The notes beneath the pieces were generated by a model, which searched no databases, had not been told where the DNA came from, and was given only the letters and a program-made list of their open reading frames with translations. A stretch of DNA of 64,000 bases from Eledone cirrhosa. Lineage: Eukaryota. Numbering within the stretch: the first letter of the stretch is position 1; the number at the start of each line of letters is the position of its first letter. This document shows positions 25,986 to 40,100 of this stretch, one piece after another. Location: the NCBI GenBank assembly GCA_964016885.1, contig OZ024743.1, positions 340,380,001 to 340,444,000 on the forward strand, written 5' to 3'. The position numbers and the translations under genes were made by a program.

Positions 25986-26506
25986 TATATATATATATAT
26001 ATATGAAAAGAATGACTTCACTTGTAGTTGGTAATCTACAACAATTACATTTGATAATTTTACAATTTTATAATTTTGATATGTAGATCTAATAAATCTC
26101 TTGTTAACTTCGATGAAAATCTTTTTTTAAATCCTGGTTAACTTCTGGAGAACTTTGTCGCATTCGTCGGAGGCGATTGTATCAAACAGATCTAAAGTTA
26201 TAATGTGTTGGTGTATATATATAGAATTAGGGTGTGTGTCTGGGGAAGTGTTAATGAGGTGTAAAGTATATGTCATCTTTTGATGAAAATAAAAAGAAAG
26301 ACAAAGAGAAGAAAATCTAGATGATTGATTGATATCGGAGTTGGGAGGTGTTGAAGGTGAGGGAGACACTGTGATAGTCAGATTTACTTTGATTTTTATC
26401 TTATTCCTTCACCAAAGTCAATGAGTGTTAGACATTCATTAACTTTGATTTATTATATATATATATATAATCAACAAAAGATAGTTACTTTAGATCATCT
26501 CTATTT

Positions 26507-26581
26507 ATTTTATTATACATATTTCGAAGATGCAAGGCTTATGTATAACATAATCCAAAACATTTTCTCGTCAGACAAAAT
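26507..26581 (-). ncRNA. Hammerhead ribozyme
   Basis: attttgt CTGACGA gaaaatg..catcttc GAAA tatgta TA ataaaat. Confidence 0.78.
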
Positions 26582-26851
26582 GCATAGGAGATGTAGGATT
26601 ATTTTGATATACTGGCGATCAAACAGCTGGGAAGATCAGTGACAACCAAGCATATATATATAAGCGGGAAAGAAGTACGTGGAGAATTTATATCAGCTGA
26701 ATATACGATAATTTATTATAATAAACTGTACATAAGGCTATGTATCATAGTTCCTTAAAACATTTTTCAAACAAGGATATGTACAAAATCCTAATGTGTC
26801 AAAAATAATAACATGTCGAGCAAATTATTCATTAAAGTATTACACCAAATA

Positions 26852-26896
26852 TTGATTTACAATTGTTTCATCCTCATTGGGACTTATCAAAATCAA
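26852..26896 (-). ncRNA. Decayed hammerhead motif
   Basis: ttgatt TTGATAA gtcc-caatga-ggat GAAA caattg TA aatcaa; stems intact, core mutated. Confidence 0.55.
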
Positions 26897-27309
26897 CCAT
26901 TTTATGAACAATTACCTCAACACATTCATCTCCTCAAACACACCAAAAAGACACGGTGAAAACTTTGTTTTCATTATTTAAGTATTAAAGGTTACTGGAA
27001 AATGACTGCTTAAATAATGTAATTTGATACATTAGGATTTCATACACGTGTTTGTTTGAAAAATGTTTTAAGGAAGTATGATGCAAAGGAGTCTTGGCCT
27101 TCTTTGCCTTTCCCTTAGACAACATCGTTGGCGTGGAGAGAAGAGTCTGGTATGCACGGACCGCTGATCTTCCACAAAAAACCTTGCCTCAGAGCGAAAC
27201 TTTTGAGGTGCAAATCCGATGGACATTCGTATATATATATATATATGTCCCAAGGCTTTGATACCATCAACATCATAAACACAGAGCTGGCATATCTAAG
27301 AACTGACTA

Positions 27310-27365
27310 ACTGCCTGATGAGGTCATAGCCATTCAATGGCTATCATCGAAATATATATATCAGT
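27310..27365 (+). ncRNA. Hammerhead ribozyme
   Basis: actgc CTGATGA ggtc-atagccatt-c-aatggctat-catc GAAA tatata TA tcagt; relative at 48138. Confidence 0.78.
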
Positions 27366-27410
27366 AAATAAAGGATTATGAGTTCATGCAATTGACTTTT
27401 GTTTCGTCAC

Positions 27411-27513
<103 letters not shown>

Positions 27514-27846
27514 TCTACCGTGCTAAGCCTGAAAATATCACTAATCAAAGTAGTACTCGATACATAATGGGATTTAGAGTTCGTATATTCAGGAAGAAAA
27601 TATTCGACTGTAAGCTTTTACGGTGGTTTCTACTCATGATTTCACGAGGTTGTATTATTCAAATGATAAATTGTATGTGTAAGCAATTATATATGTATTT
27701 TTACATTACTCTTGTTCTTTGATGTGTATGTGTATGTGTATCTGTGCTTGTTTGCGTATGCGCCTACATACATATGCCCAAGCATACTGTGTTTAAATTT
27801 AACTGGAATACACATTATAATTCGGCAGTCCCACCTATAGTGTGGA

Positions 27847-28130
27847 TGGACATGGCCGTGTGGTTAAGGCATTCTCTTCGCAATTGTTAAGTCCCGGGTT
27901 CGACTCCATGGCTTGGCTTCTTGGCCAAGTGTCATTTTACATAACTTAGGGTTGACCCAATCATTGTAAGTGAAATTGGGTAGACAGAAACTGTTTTGAA
28001 GTTAGTATGATGGACTGTACCTGTAATTCAAAGATTAAGCCTTGTCACACACCGCATCATGCTTAATCTTGATGAGCATTTCGTTATGAGTACAGGTCTC
28101 TGTTGAACTCTCAGTTAATTACATATTCAT
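27847..28130 (+). mobile_element. tRNA-derived SINE (third family)
   Basis: A box tggccgtgtgg, B box gggttcgactcc, followed by cttggccaagtgtc..gtgaaattgggtagacagaaactg. Confidence 0.7.
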
Positions 28131-30019
28131 TTCAGAGTTGGCCATTCTGTTGATCGAAAAACTGGAACATTCATCGTTGAAACTGACGGATCTCCCTTCC
28201 TTTCTTCCTTCCTTCTTAGATAATAAAAAAAAAAAAAATAGAAATCGGTTTTAGCTTCTAATTTGGAAAGTACGTGAAAACGTGAAACTAAATAAAGTAC
28301 CACCGAAAGTAATAACAGAAAAAGATAGGCTTGAGAATTATTTTGCTGCGTCTTCAAGTTGATAGAAAAAGAACTAATAGTGTTTAACACAACGAAAGTC
28401 ATGGCGAAAATAGATGAAGGAATATGAAAAAAAACAACAACAAATAAATACAAGATACAAAACAAAAACAAACAAAAAGAAAACGAAAACCAGGATATTC
28501 GACAGTAAAAAATAAAGCAAGATATTCCTATGAAACCATGCGTTGATATTGTCTTTTACATCTACTTTATTTCATTGCTTCTTCTTTTACTGACGAGTTT
28601 TGATTAAAATCGGGTTAAAGAGCAATTTATTTTCACTGCCTCCAACTTAGCATCGCCAATAACCACTTAGAGGGAGACACGAGTATCACAACAATCCATT
28701 TCTATTGCTTTTTTAAATTAGGGCACTAGTGATTTTTAGTGTAAACAATTCAATATCTACTTTTATCAGTAGTGTAATTGATGCTTGCCAATGATGGTGG
28801 TGAATATTTAATATTTATCGGTAGTGTAATATGATGTATGGCTGACAATGCTGACATTTATTTTACCAATAAACTCATTTAGAAAGGCACGGATGCTACA
28901 TCAAACACTTTCCCACCTCATAAATAACACAGGGATGCTGAAGCATATGTGGATAATTATTTTTACTTGCCGTATATATATATAACAATATATATATATA
29001 TATATATGTATGTAAATATATATATACACACACACGCACACACACACATATATATATGTGTGTGTGTATATATATATATATATTTGAATATATATACATG
29101 TATATATAAATATATATATATTCATATATATATGTATATATTTGCAAAAGGCTAACAAAAATAACAAAGCAAACGACACACAAACACACACGCATACACA
29201 CACACACATATACACACACAGACACACACACACACACACACAGACACACACACACACACACACCACACACACACACTCACACACACAAATTTAAACTATA
29301 ATAAAGGAAGGTCTGCGGGACTGCGTACGGTTTATTTCTTTTAATCCAGTTAGTAAATAAGTTGGATTACTTTGAATAAATAATGAATGAATATTACATA
29401 ATTTATCTACTAAATTTCGTAAACATAAATAATTTCGTAAAAATAAATAATTTAAAATTGACTTCTTTCCAAAGTTGCACTTCCGGTATATTGTCGCCAC
29501 CACCACCACTTCAACTACCATATATATATATATAGATCGAGAGAGTGTGTGATGAGAGAGATAGAGAGATTATGATTTGCGACACGCTGACGCGTATGAG
29601 TGTGCACATACATACATCTATATGTATGAGTATATAACTATTATGAGTATATAACTATAATCGCGCAAACAAACTTATAAAAATACACCCTCACGGACAT
29701 AATTCACACAAATACACATATATTCACACATACATTTACACAAACACACACATAGTCATGATAACAGCGTTCGGTGGAATTGGAAATGGGAGGGTAAAAC
29801 AAGTATAACGTTTTATTTATTTATTAAATCATTTAATATAACTAACAGAAAAACTACCCTCGGGTGGTTTTCTGTTAACATGTGTAGTGTGTATATTGAT
29901 ATTATACGCAAGTATATATACATGTAGATATGATATGTCAAATAAAATCATAATTGACAATATACACAGAAATTGAACGAAGACTGTGTTACACTGTCTT
30001 CTGTAATCAGTAACGTAAT

Positions 30020-30570
30020 CATGGTAAAATAATTATTGTGGGTAAAATGATTATTTTGGGTATAATTGTTTCTACTTTTGGCACAAGGCCAGTAATTACC
30101 CAGTACATTACTGGTACTTTATTTTATCGACCCCGTAAGGATGAAAGGCAAAGTTAGCCTCGGCGGGATTTGAACTCAGAATGGCAAGGGCCGTAACTCT
30201 ATACGTCAAAGCATGGCGTCCGACCCTCTACCGATACTGCCAATCCAAATGGTGGGTAAAATGATTATTGTAGGTAAAATGGTGGGCAAAATGATTATTG
30301 TGGATAAAGTGGTAGGTAAAAAATTATTGTGGGTAAAATGGTGGGTAAAATAATTAAAGTGGGTAAAATGGTGGGTACAATGATTGTTGTGGGTAAAGTT
30401 GTGGGTAAAATGATTATTGTGGGTAGTGGTAGGTAAAATAATTAGTGTGGGTAAAATGGTAGGTAAAATGATTATTGTGGGTAAGGGTAGGTAAAATAAT
30501 AATATTGGGTAGAATTTGGGTAAAATAATGATAGTGTGTAAAATGGTAGGTAAAGTGGTGGGTAAAATCA
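30020..30570. repeat. Degenerate gtgggtaaaat(g/gattatt) minisatellite interrupted by a minus-strand SINE (30063-30246)
   Basis: Many gtgggtaaaatg(attatt) units; the SINE matches 9029-9220. Confidence 0.8.
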
Positions 30571-30829
30571 AGAAAGAAGGAAAGAGGGTAGGAAGTGGAG
30601 TAAAGGGGGATAGGGAAAGAATGGGTTGGAAGAGGCAGAAGTGGAAGAAGGGGAGGAAAAACATCAAGGGAAGGATGGAAAAGAGGAGGGAAGACAGCAG
30701 GTTAAAGAAATGGAGAAAGAGAGGTTAAAACATGGGAAAAAGTAGGGAAGATGGGTAAAGAGGGATACGAAGTGTGAAAGTGTGGGAAAGAGGCGGAAAA
30801 GGGTGTAATGAGGGAGAATCAACACCACG

Positions 30830-31770
30830 AGGTCAACCACAAGGCAATGAGGTCACGTAAAGTGATATGTGTTTCTTTCACAAGAAATTTGAAGCAAAAA
30901 ATACCAAGTAACCATGTAACTTCAATAGCTCTTCATTATCGACTCCGGGAGAAACTCAAGGACCAACCACCAATAAACACACTGGACGTCGGCAAACATG
31001 ATCAACTGTCCTGTATGTCTATGATCAGATCTCCAGTCAGTGTCATCCCGGCATCTGCAAACGACCCCCGTTATAGAGAGGGGAGTCAGTGGCAGCTGCC
31101 AATGATTCTACAATCAAAGCTTACAGATACCGTACTCTCTCCCTCCACAGAGGCTCACAGTAATATACATGGACATTCACCGTCGCTGATGCTCAGACTA
31201 TCATTGGAGCAGACTTCCTTCAGGCTCACTCACAGCTGGTCGATAATCAGGGGAGACGACTCGTCAATAGCAGTAAGTATGCCTCTGTTTCACTGGCCAC
31301 ACCTGCACGTGTGACTTTTCATATATCAAACGTCTCTGAGACCAAGAATGAGTTCTCGGAATTCCTTTTGAATTACCTGGAATTCATTATCATGACATCT
31401 CCCAATCCACTAGTGACCACAGAGTAAAGCGCTACATTCCAACTACCAGTTCTCCAGTACACAACCGTGTATGTCGTCTACCACCAGACAAATTTGGCAT
31501 TGTGAAGGTTAAATTTGACAATATGGAAGATTTGGGCATCGTTCATCGATCAAACCGTCCCTGGTCTTCACCTCTACACGAAGCGCCAAAACCCAATAGA
31601 GCTTGGCGACCCAGAAGGGATTATCGCCGTCTTAACAAAAGTACCTCACCCTACTGTTACTCCATTCAGCATATAGAAGGCTTCTCGGTTCAGTTAGCAG
31701 GGTGCTCGATTTTCTCAAAAATCTACCTCAACCGAGGTTATCATCAATTACCTGTACTATATGATAACAT
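30830..31770 (+). mobile_element. Degenerate Ty3/Gypsy pol fragment (protease to RT N-terminus)
   Basis: IIGADFL..; RLPPDK..MEDLGIVHRSNRPWSSPLH..WRPRRDYRRLNK..IFSKIYLNRGYHQLPV. Confidence 0.85.
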
Positions 31771-31899
31771 GCAAATACAATTTAATACAAAAAAAAAAGG
31801 AAATTTAGATTGCGAAGAAAGAATGGAATGTAAAATAAGAAAATATAAAAAAAAAAACGGAAAAAGAAAGATATGGCAAGGGCTCTAGTATATATAACG

Positions 31900-32180
31900 A
31901 AGAATAACAAGGATTTTAATCAAAGCATTTAATTGATTTACGACCATTTCGTTAGACTAACAAGAATATTCCATTCCTGTTACAATAACTCCTCAGAATC
32001 GATCAAATACAAATAAATATATACCTTACTTATTCTAAAATTCTAGTGAGAAAAATTTTAGAACATGCAAGATTTGACCCATTCTGAGGAGGTATTCTGA
32101 CAGGAATGGAATATTCTTGTTAGTCTAACGAAACGATTGTAAATCAATTAAATGCTTTCATTAAAATACTTGTTAATCTA
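31900..32180. mobile_element. Fold-back element with one HHR per arm (31935-32000 minus, 32081-32144 plus)
   Basis: att CTGAGGA g..tgacaggaat-ggaat-attcttgtta..taac GAAA cgattg TA aat, and its diverged inverse. Confidence 0.82.
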
Positions 32181-32345
32181 GGCTTTATATATATATATGC
32201 TCTGTGAGATTGTAACATTACAGTGATTGGAAATTTACTTATTGGATTAAACTATTTCTTACCTATCTTGTTGTGAACTATAAAAATCATCATTAAACAT
32301 TTTTCTTTGCTTTTATGTGGTTGCATCATCAACTCATTTAAACTT

Positions 32346-32391
<46 letters not shown>

Positions 32392-32399
<8 letters not shown>

Positions 32400-32810
32400 A
32401 TACTTTGGGAGAGTCATGTTGCCAATAAGAAACACACGCAGTAGTTGCTTTCACTTCAATTTATTATAAATTAAATTTATAAATTTAGGAATTTATGAAT
32501 TTCCGGTTGGTTGGTTGGTACAACCAGACGATTGTTCATATATTCTCAAAGTTCTTTCGTCACACATTCTGTGACCTCTTCAGTGACTGGAGATTCTTTT
32601 CTTTGTTTTTGTGCCTCTCCTTTGTTCTGTCCTACGCCAATATATAACTTTGACCATATATGAACAATCGTCTGGTTGTGGAACCAACCAACCAACCGGA
32701 AATTTATAAATTCCTAAATTTATAAATTTAATTTATAATAAATTGAAGTGAAAGCATGTGGCGCGTGTGTTTCTTATTTGCAACATGATCCTCCCAAAGT
32801 ATAACAATAT
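32392..32810. mobile_element. Fold-back element (~150-bp arms) with HHR 32546-32586 (minus) in the loop
   Basis: 32392-32542 is the reverse complement of 32656-32810; tca CTGAAGA g gtcaca-gaa-tgtgac GAAA gaac TT tga. Confidence 0.82.
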
Positions 32811-32864
32811 CGGTTTCAACACACGTTTTCAGATAAAGAATCTTGCTAAACAAATTCAGAAATG

Positions 32865-32940
<76 letters not shown>

Positions 32941-33238
32941 AAAAAAAGTATGACCCCTAAAATAAAGTTTTTTCGTAATCTTTCCTTGTTCTGATTATTT
33001 AAGTTTTATTATTGATGTTATTGTTTTGGTTTAACACCGCTCTTCTATAAAAGCCATGCCTTGCGTATTATTTTCATATCCACTTGCTCTGATGTGTTGA
33101 CTGGTTGTAAACAACGTATTGGAGATCAAATAACGCAGCATCAAGCGATTAGCGAACTCTAGATCAACGAAACAATTTTCAGCAATTTGAATAAAGCCCT
33201 TACTGTACAGCCAACCATGTTACTCTTCTTTCTTTAAC

Positions 33239-33313
<75 letters not shown>

Positions 33314-33407
33314 CCCATTGCAGAAACTAATTAGTTGGAGTGAAAATTTAAGTAAGTAAGTTAATTTTTTTTTAAAAATAAAAAATAAAAAATGTTCTTA
33401 TTTTACG

Positions 33408-33461
<54 letters not shown>

Positions 33462-34014
33462 TAACATAAAAACAGGTAGAATTCCCAAAACTAATCAGAT
33501 CAGAGCAAACAGCACGGACACTCTATCTCAAAATTATTTTTGAAAAGCATTTAGAAATGCGCAACCGGTAAAAACTTAAAAACTTAAAACCACAACTGAA
33601 TACTAACCCATACAATTATTAATACTCTTTTATTCCTAATTAAACCATTTTTCAACTGTGAACAATTTGTCAGCATTTTCTATTCCGTTTACCAATATAT
33701 AAATAATATATATATATATATTATTTATATATATATATATATATGGTATATAGATATATATATGATATATAAATATATATATATATATATATGATATATA
33801 TATGTATAATATTTAGATTTATATATATAATATATATGTATAATATTTATATATATATATATATAGATATATGTATAATATTTATATATATATAATATAT
33901 ATATATATATATTTGTATAATATTTATATATATATAATATATATATATATATGTATAATATTTATATATATATAATATATATATAATATATATATATGTA
34001 TAATATTTATATAA

Positions 34015-34085
<71 letters not shown>

Positions 34086-34165
34086 CTATTACCCACTCTA
34101 CTACCCTAAGTATTGAGTACTCTGGTGCGTTATGGTCCATCTGGTTCCTTTCCACAATTCTTTCG

Positions 34166-34238
<73 letters not shown>

Positions 34239-34345
34239 ATGTATATATCTCTAGGGCGGATAGAATTCCCGAGATCCATGGACGAGTTCTCTCTAGCGGT
34301 CTCTGTCCCTCATTATCTCTGCCATTATCTCTGTCCCTCATTATC

Positions 34346-34423
<78 letters not shown>

Positions 34424-34943
34424 TATGTATATATATATATATGCATGACCCTTTCTCTCTCTCTCTACACACACATATATATATTCATCTATTATGGCTA
34501 TATAGTGAATTTTGATACTTTGGAATTTCACCAGGACACGCGCAGGATCATCAAACAAGAAATCTATTTCTATCACTTCTATTAATATAAAAATAAGATG
34601 TTTAACGTGACGGAATTCAGTAATAGAAAATGATAATGCTGCTTCGACGTAGCGTTTTCCGTGGGTCGATGTATGAGATTTTAAAAGCACATCAGTATGT
34701 ATACAAATATCATTATATGTCTAAATATGTAGTGATTTGTTTTGTTCACTGTCACGTTTAAGTATGTATTGGAGAATTATTTCAAAGACCGAAATTTTTG
34801 AATACCCAACTGTAAGAATTTTTAATCAATATGTTTTGTTTTTACACAAACATAATATTTTTAAAGATGATATTTACGAATGATTACTCACCTAAATATG
34901 AAATGTTTATATTGTGCACACAGAAGCATACAGATTCACACAC

Positions 34944-34944
<1 letters not shown>

Positions 34945-35014
<70 letters not shown>

Positions 35015-35072
35015 AACTTCCCCCTTTGTATTTGTCCCCTTCTTTTGTGCCCCCGTGGCTAATAAAGAAACA

Positions 35073-35132
<60 letters not shown>
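34945..35132. repeat. (CTAT)n target array containing a 59-bp Tx1 3'-end stub (35014-35072)
   Basis: aaacttcccctttgtatttgtccc..gtggctaataaagaaaca matches the 3' ends at 40805-40860 and 46657-46714. Confidence 0.85.
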
Positions 35133-35133
<1 letters not shown>

Positions 35134-35349
35134 CTGGGATGGACACACGCGTATAACTTGCTGAGTAAGTTCTGTTTAAATTTCTATAGAAATTCTTGTC
35201 TGATAACTTTAATTTTTGTACCATTTTGTAGAGGGACTGCCAGGTCAAACTTTGATCTGGTCAGTCTCTCAAAATATTCTACGCCTTTAGGCGAAATAGT
35301 TAAACAAAAAAAAAAGTTTTTTCTTGTTGAAAAGTCAATATTTTTTTAA

Positions 35350-37136
35350 ATGGCCGAAGCTTCTTCACCAAAATTCCAAGGAGGAAAGGGGAAGATGAAC
35401 TTACAGCTTCCCCCTGCCACTGTCACAGTAGCAGAGGTCAAGAAGAAAGGTCAGCCAGAGGAAGAATTCTCTCCACCTGTTAACCGACAACTTGACGTTG
35501 CCATGGCAACAACTCAAAGAACCAGCAGCAACAGCAACAACAACAATGCGACGGACGAAAACAACACCAATAACAATAACAATAACAACAACAAGACCAA
35601 TAACGGTGACAACAACAACAATGATAACAACAACACCACCAACGACAACAACAACACAAACAAACAAAATTTCTCCTTCGCCGAGACGACAAGGAAAACC
35701 CTCGACTATCTGCCAGTAGATATAACAAAAGCGAAGGAGCTACTGGCGGATGCGAAAAAATATATAGTGTACGGGGAAAATGGTTCATTCACAATCCATT
35801 CCCCCCGGAACTAAAAAGCCAGAGACTCCTAAACACGGTCATGTTTAGGACAATCTCGAACAAAAGTAAAAAACCAGCTCAACCATCACAGAGCGAGATA
35901 GAGCTGGTTTTAAAAGACGTCATGAAGGACATCACCTTCATTCAGAAGGATAGACTCTACGGGAGTCTATCCATTCTCATGAAGGACAGGGACACAGCAG
36001 TGAAACTGTCCATCAAACCAATCACATCCACCGCATACACCTTCTACCCTACGTACATGGGTAGAAGAACACAAAAAATAAAAATCCACACCATCCTGCC
36101 GATTATGGACATATGGTGGGTTTTGACAGGTTTTCTGGACCTGGAGGATGACATGCTGGTGTCCATGGGAAAGGCATCGGGTGACGCGTTCAGTGGAACG
36201 AGCCTCGAACTTGTAGTTCAAATGAGGCCCGAAAGGATCGCCCAGATCCCTGAACGCGTCATACTGGATGATCTAACCTTCATCAACATTACCGTTGAGG
36301 GTAGACGGCCCTCGTGTTACCTCTGCGGAACCAGAGGTCACCTGAGGGCTGTCTGTCCCCAACTTAATAAGAAAACCCCAATCCTGCCTACACCACCAAC
36401 AACTGCACAACCAACACAATCACCACAACTACCACTACAAAAACAACCACCACAGCTCAAACCAAAACAAAACAATGTCCAACCCATCCCCTCCACTCAA
36501 AAAACAAAAACAATTTCCAAAACACCCGTACCGCAAACACAACCCGAAAACATACCCCTCCCCTCCAACGCGGAAGATGACCCTAGTTCGTCGTCAGACG
36601 AGGAGGAGCACTTACACACAATCAAAAGAAAAAAAAGAAAACACACCTCAGACACACAAATGAAAAAAACCCCTCCCCAAAACATAACACTGACACCAAC
36701 ACAAAAGAGCTCACAACAACAGCAAACAAAAAACACCACACAAAAACAAAAACATGCATACACATACATAAATACAAGAAACAAAAAACTGTTAAACATT
36801 GTGTACAACAACAATCTAATAAAAACACAAGGGCCTAACTTCACCCAGGCAGGGGATTTCCCCCACCTCAAAATGATTAAGGCCCCACAGGACACCTATA
36901 AAACTTTAAAAAACAATTTTAAAGAGGACGTGGGTCCCCCCTGCGTCGGGCCCATTAACCGCGTCCTCCTAAAAAACTATCCCACCCCCTCCCCAAACAC
37001 CCTCACAACTCCAAGCTCCCCAACCACACAACACACTGATGCCCCCACACTTCCACAAACCACCACCCCACCCAACAACCCATCCCCCACCCTAATGGAA
37101 ATTGTGCAGCCCGATACCCGGGACGCAGAGAGGTAA
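35350..37136 (+). pseudogene. Tx1 ORF1 (gag-like, zinc knuckle), frameshifted near 35810
   Basis: ORFs 35350-35814 and 35841-37136 align contiguously with copy-2 ORF1; CYLCGTRGHLRAVC. Confidence 0.8.
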
Positions 37137-37160
37137 GTGCCTTTTCTCTTCACCACCAAC

Positions 37161-40100
37161 ATGGCTATGCTAAGAGTAGGCTGTTTAAATGCGCGTGGCC
37201 TGGGCTCAACTTGGAAGCAAGCAATGCTGCTAAATGACCTCAGGTCACAACGTATAGATGTGATGGTTACTTGCGAGGCCCGGATCAGCAACGTGCGACA
37301 GCTGGCCCCCACCTTTGATGACTTTGAGATGCACGCATCTCTCTGTCAGCCCGGAGGTGGGGGTGGAGTTGTCGTTCTGCTGCAAAAACATCTGGGTCTC
37401 GCAACACAGATGGTACATTTGGACCCGGAGGGTCGACTAGTGGTTCTGGACCTTGGCAGTGGTAAAGGCGGAGCGTTTAGGTTGGTAGCCGCCTACGGCC
37501 CTTTCGGGTCAATGCGGCCGGACTTCTTCCATCGTCTGGAGACTTTTCTGGGGACGTCCCGCTCCTTGCTATTAGTGGGGGACTGGAATGGTATCCTAGA
37601 TGCACGCTGGGACTACGTAGGGGCCTGCCCCGATAGAGAGGGGTGTAATAGCCTCAAAGGGTTAATCGGTCGATTTGACCTGGCCGATAGATATCGACTA
37701 GATTTTCCGACTGCGCCAACCTGGACTTGGGCAAATCGTAGCGGATCATCTAGGTCGTACCTAGATAGGTTCTTAGTTAGAATTAAGGATAAGGACTTTT
37801 TAAGTTGTCCAAAAATGCGCATTGTTGGCTATTCAGACCACAAATTAGTGACCTGCATGGTCAACCTTGACAGAACTCATAGACAGGGCCCCGGTTACTG
37901 GAAGCTCAACTTGTCCTTGCCGGCAAGTAGAGGCTACAGGAATCGGATTAGTACGTTAGTTAAGGAACGGTTGACTGGAGCGATCGTCAACAGCAGGTGG
38001 TGGGTATCTCTAAAGAGAGAGATTAGAGTAGTCTCGATTGAATTTAGTAAGGTTCTAGCTGCGGATAGGAATAGGAAGGAAAGAGAGCTAATAGATAGAG
38101 TAGAAGAGGCAATTAGAAGCGGCGACGTGGCCAGAGTGCTAGCGTCGAGAACGGCTTTGAGCCAGTTTTTCGACGCGAAGCACGAAGGCTGCGTTGTCCG
38201 AAGTAAAATACGTGCTCTAGGGAACGAGGGGGCCAAAGCTGTTAGCTGGGCCCGCGTGACAGAGGCCAACAGTGGAACTAAATCCACCATCCGGTCTTTG
38301 CGAGACCTGGATGGACGGGCGATTCTTGAGCCTAAGCAGATGTGTGAGGCCTTTCAAAGGCACTTTGCCCGACTGTTCGGGAGGGGCGGGGAGCCGGTTG
38401 GGAACGTGGACTTCGGTCCATACCTCGACGGCCTGCCGCGCCTCTCGGACAGGGAGGCGAAGTCCTGCGAGGAGCCGATTTCGGCCGCTGAGATAGAGGA
38501 CGTGCTGAGCCAATGCGGCAAACGCAAATCCCCGGGTCTCGATGGTCTTCCTTACGAATTATATCTAGCTATGCCGGACTTGTTCCCCGATCTCCTCGAG
38601 GCGGTCTACTGCAACTGGCAACAGAACGGGAGAATTCCCTGTACTGTGACCAAGGGCGTAGTCACGCTAGTGAGGAAGGACGAGAACAAGGGGGACGAAA
38701 TAAGTAACTTCAGGCCCATAACACTGCTAAATACAGAGTTACAGATTTTGGCCAAGGTGCTAGCAAAGAGGTTGGCGCTTGTCGTGGGCAACCTGGTGGG
38801 AGATGCGCAGACATGCGCTATCCCGTCCAGGTCCATCCATGACAACCTCCACCTCATGCGATACATCATAGAGAGGGTTGGGAACGAACCCGGCTTTGGT
38901 GGGGCTCTGATCAACTTGGATCAATCTAAGGCGTTCGATAGGGTCGACCATGGTTACCTGGATGCGGTGCTAGCGGCGGCAGGCTTCGGACCCGTTTTCA
39001 GGGGCTGGATCACTGCTATGCACAGCAGCCGCATCTGCTCTAGGGTCAAGGTGAACGGCTACCTCTCGGAGCCGTTCAAAATCGCGCGGTCCATCCGACA
39101 AGGGTGCCCTCTCTCCTCCCTTCTGTATGTGTTGACTCTCGAGCCACTACTGCGGAAGTTGGAGTTGTTGCAGGGCATCCCTTTGGAACCGGGATTGCGG
39201 AAAGCGGTGTCGGCCTACGCCGATGACGTGACAGTAATGGTGTCGACGGCCTCCGAAATCGAGGCGGTCGGCACCTTACTGGAGGAGTACGAAAAGTTCA
39301 CAGGGGCTAAGCTGAACCGGGACAAGTCGATCGGTTTGCAACTCGGCACGTGGAGGGGCAGACCGATGCCCTCCGATAGCGTCGTCGGACGCTGGACGGA
39401 GGGCCCGGTGAAGTTGCTCGGGGTCTGGTTCGGACCGGACCTCCAGGTGGAGAAAAACTGGGCGGAGGTTACGAACAGGGTGTTTGCACTGACCCAGAAG
39501 TGGGCCAGTTGCAAACTATCCCTGAAAGGTCGGGCGGAGGTGGCGAACACCTACATAGCGTCCGTCATCTACTACCGCCTGACCGTAGTGCCCTGCCCAA
39601 GGGAAACCCTCACCAAGATGGAGCGCGCACTCTTCCAATTCCTTTGGAAGAGGCGGGCTCCTATGGTGAGGAGATCCATCTGCTGTCAACACCCTTCGAA
39701 AGGAGGGCTGGGGATGCCGTGGCTAATGATGCGTAAACACGCATTAAGGCTACGGCACCTCTACGTATTCCTCACCGGACAACCGGTGTGGGCCTCGTTT
39801 GTGAGACGAACCTTTCCCAGACTCGTCTCACTCACCGAGCTGCAATCCTGGGTCAAGCAAAGACCGAGAAAACTGGGCGCCTGGCACACTGAGTGTGCCC
39901 AGGCGCTCACCGCCCTCTGGCAGGCGGATCCGGTTATCAGTGGAGACTCCACCGCAACATTCTATAGAGGGCTGGTACGCAGCAGGTGCGACGACGCCCT
40001 CGGAGAAGCCCTAGACATGGAGGAGGACGAACTGGCCAGCCTGTTCGGTAGGACATTCAGCCCGGGACCTATGGACAACTTCCAGAAGTCCCTGGCCTGG

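Noticed and set aside
28120-29500. Possible host exon (tttcag acceptor at ~28135) and ETS-like acttccgg at ~29479
   Set aside because: No supporting ORF or donor, and such short motifs are expected by chance
30020-30570. Repeat array resembling CRISPR or telomeric repeats
   Set aside because: No unique spacers, degenerate units, no TTAGGG, eukaryotic context
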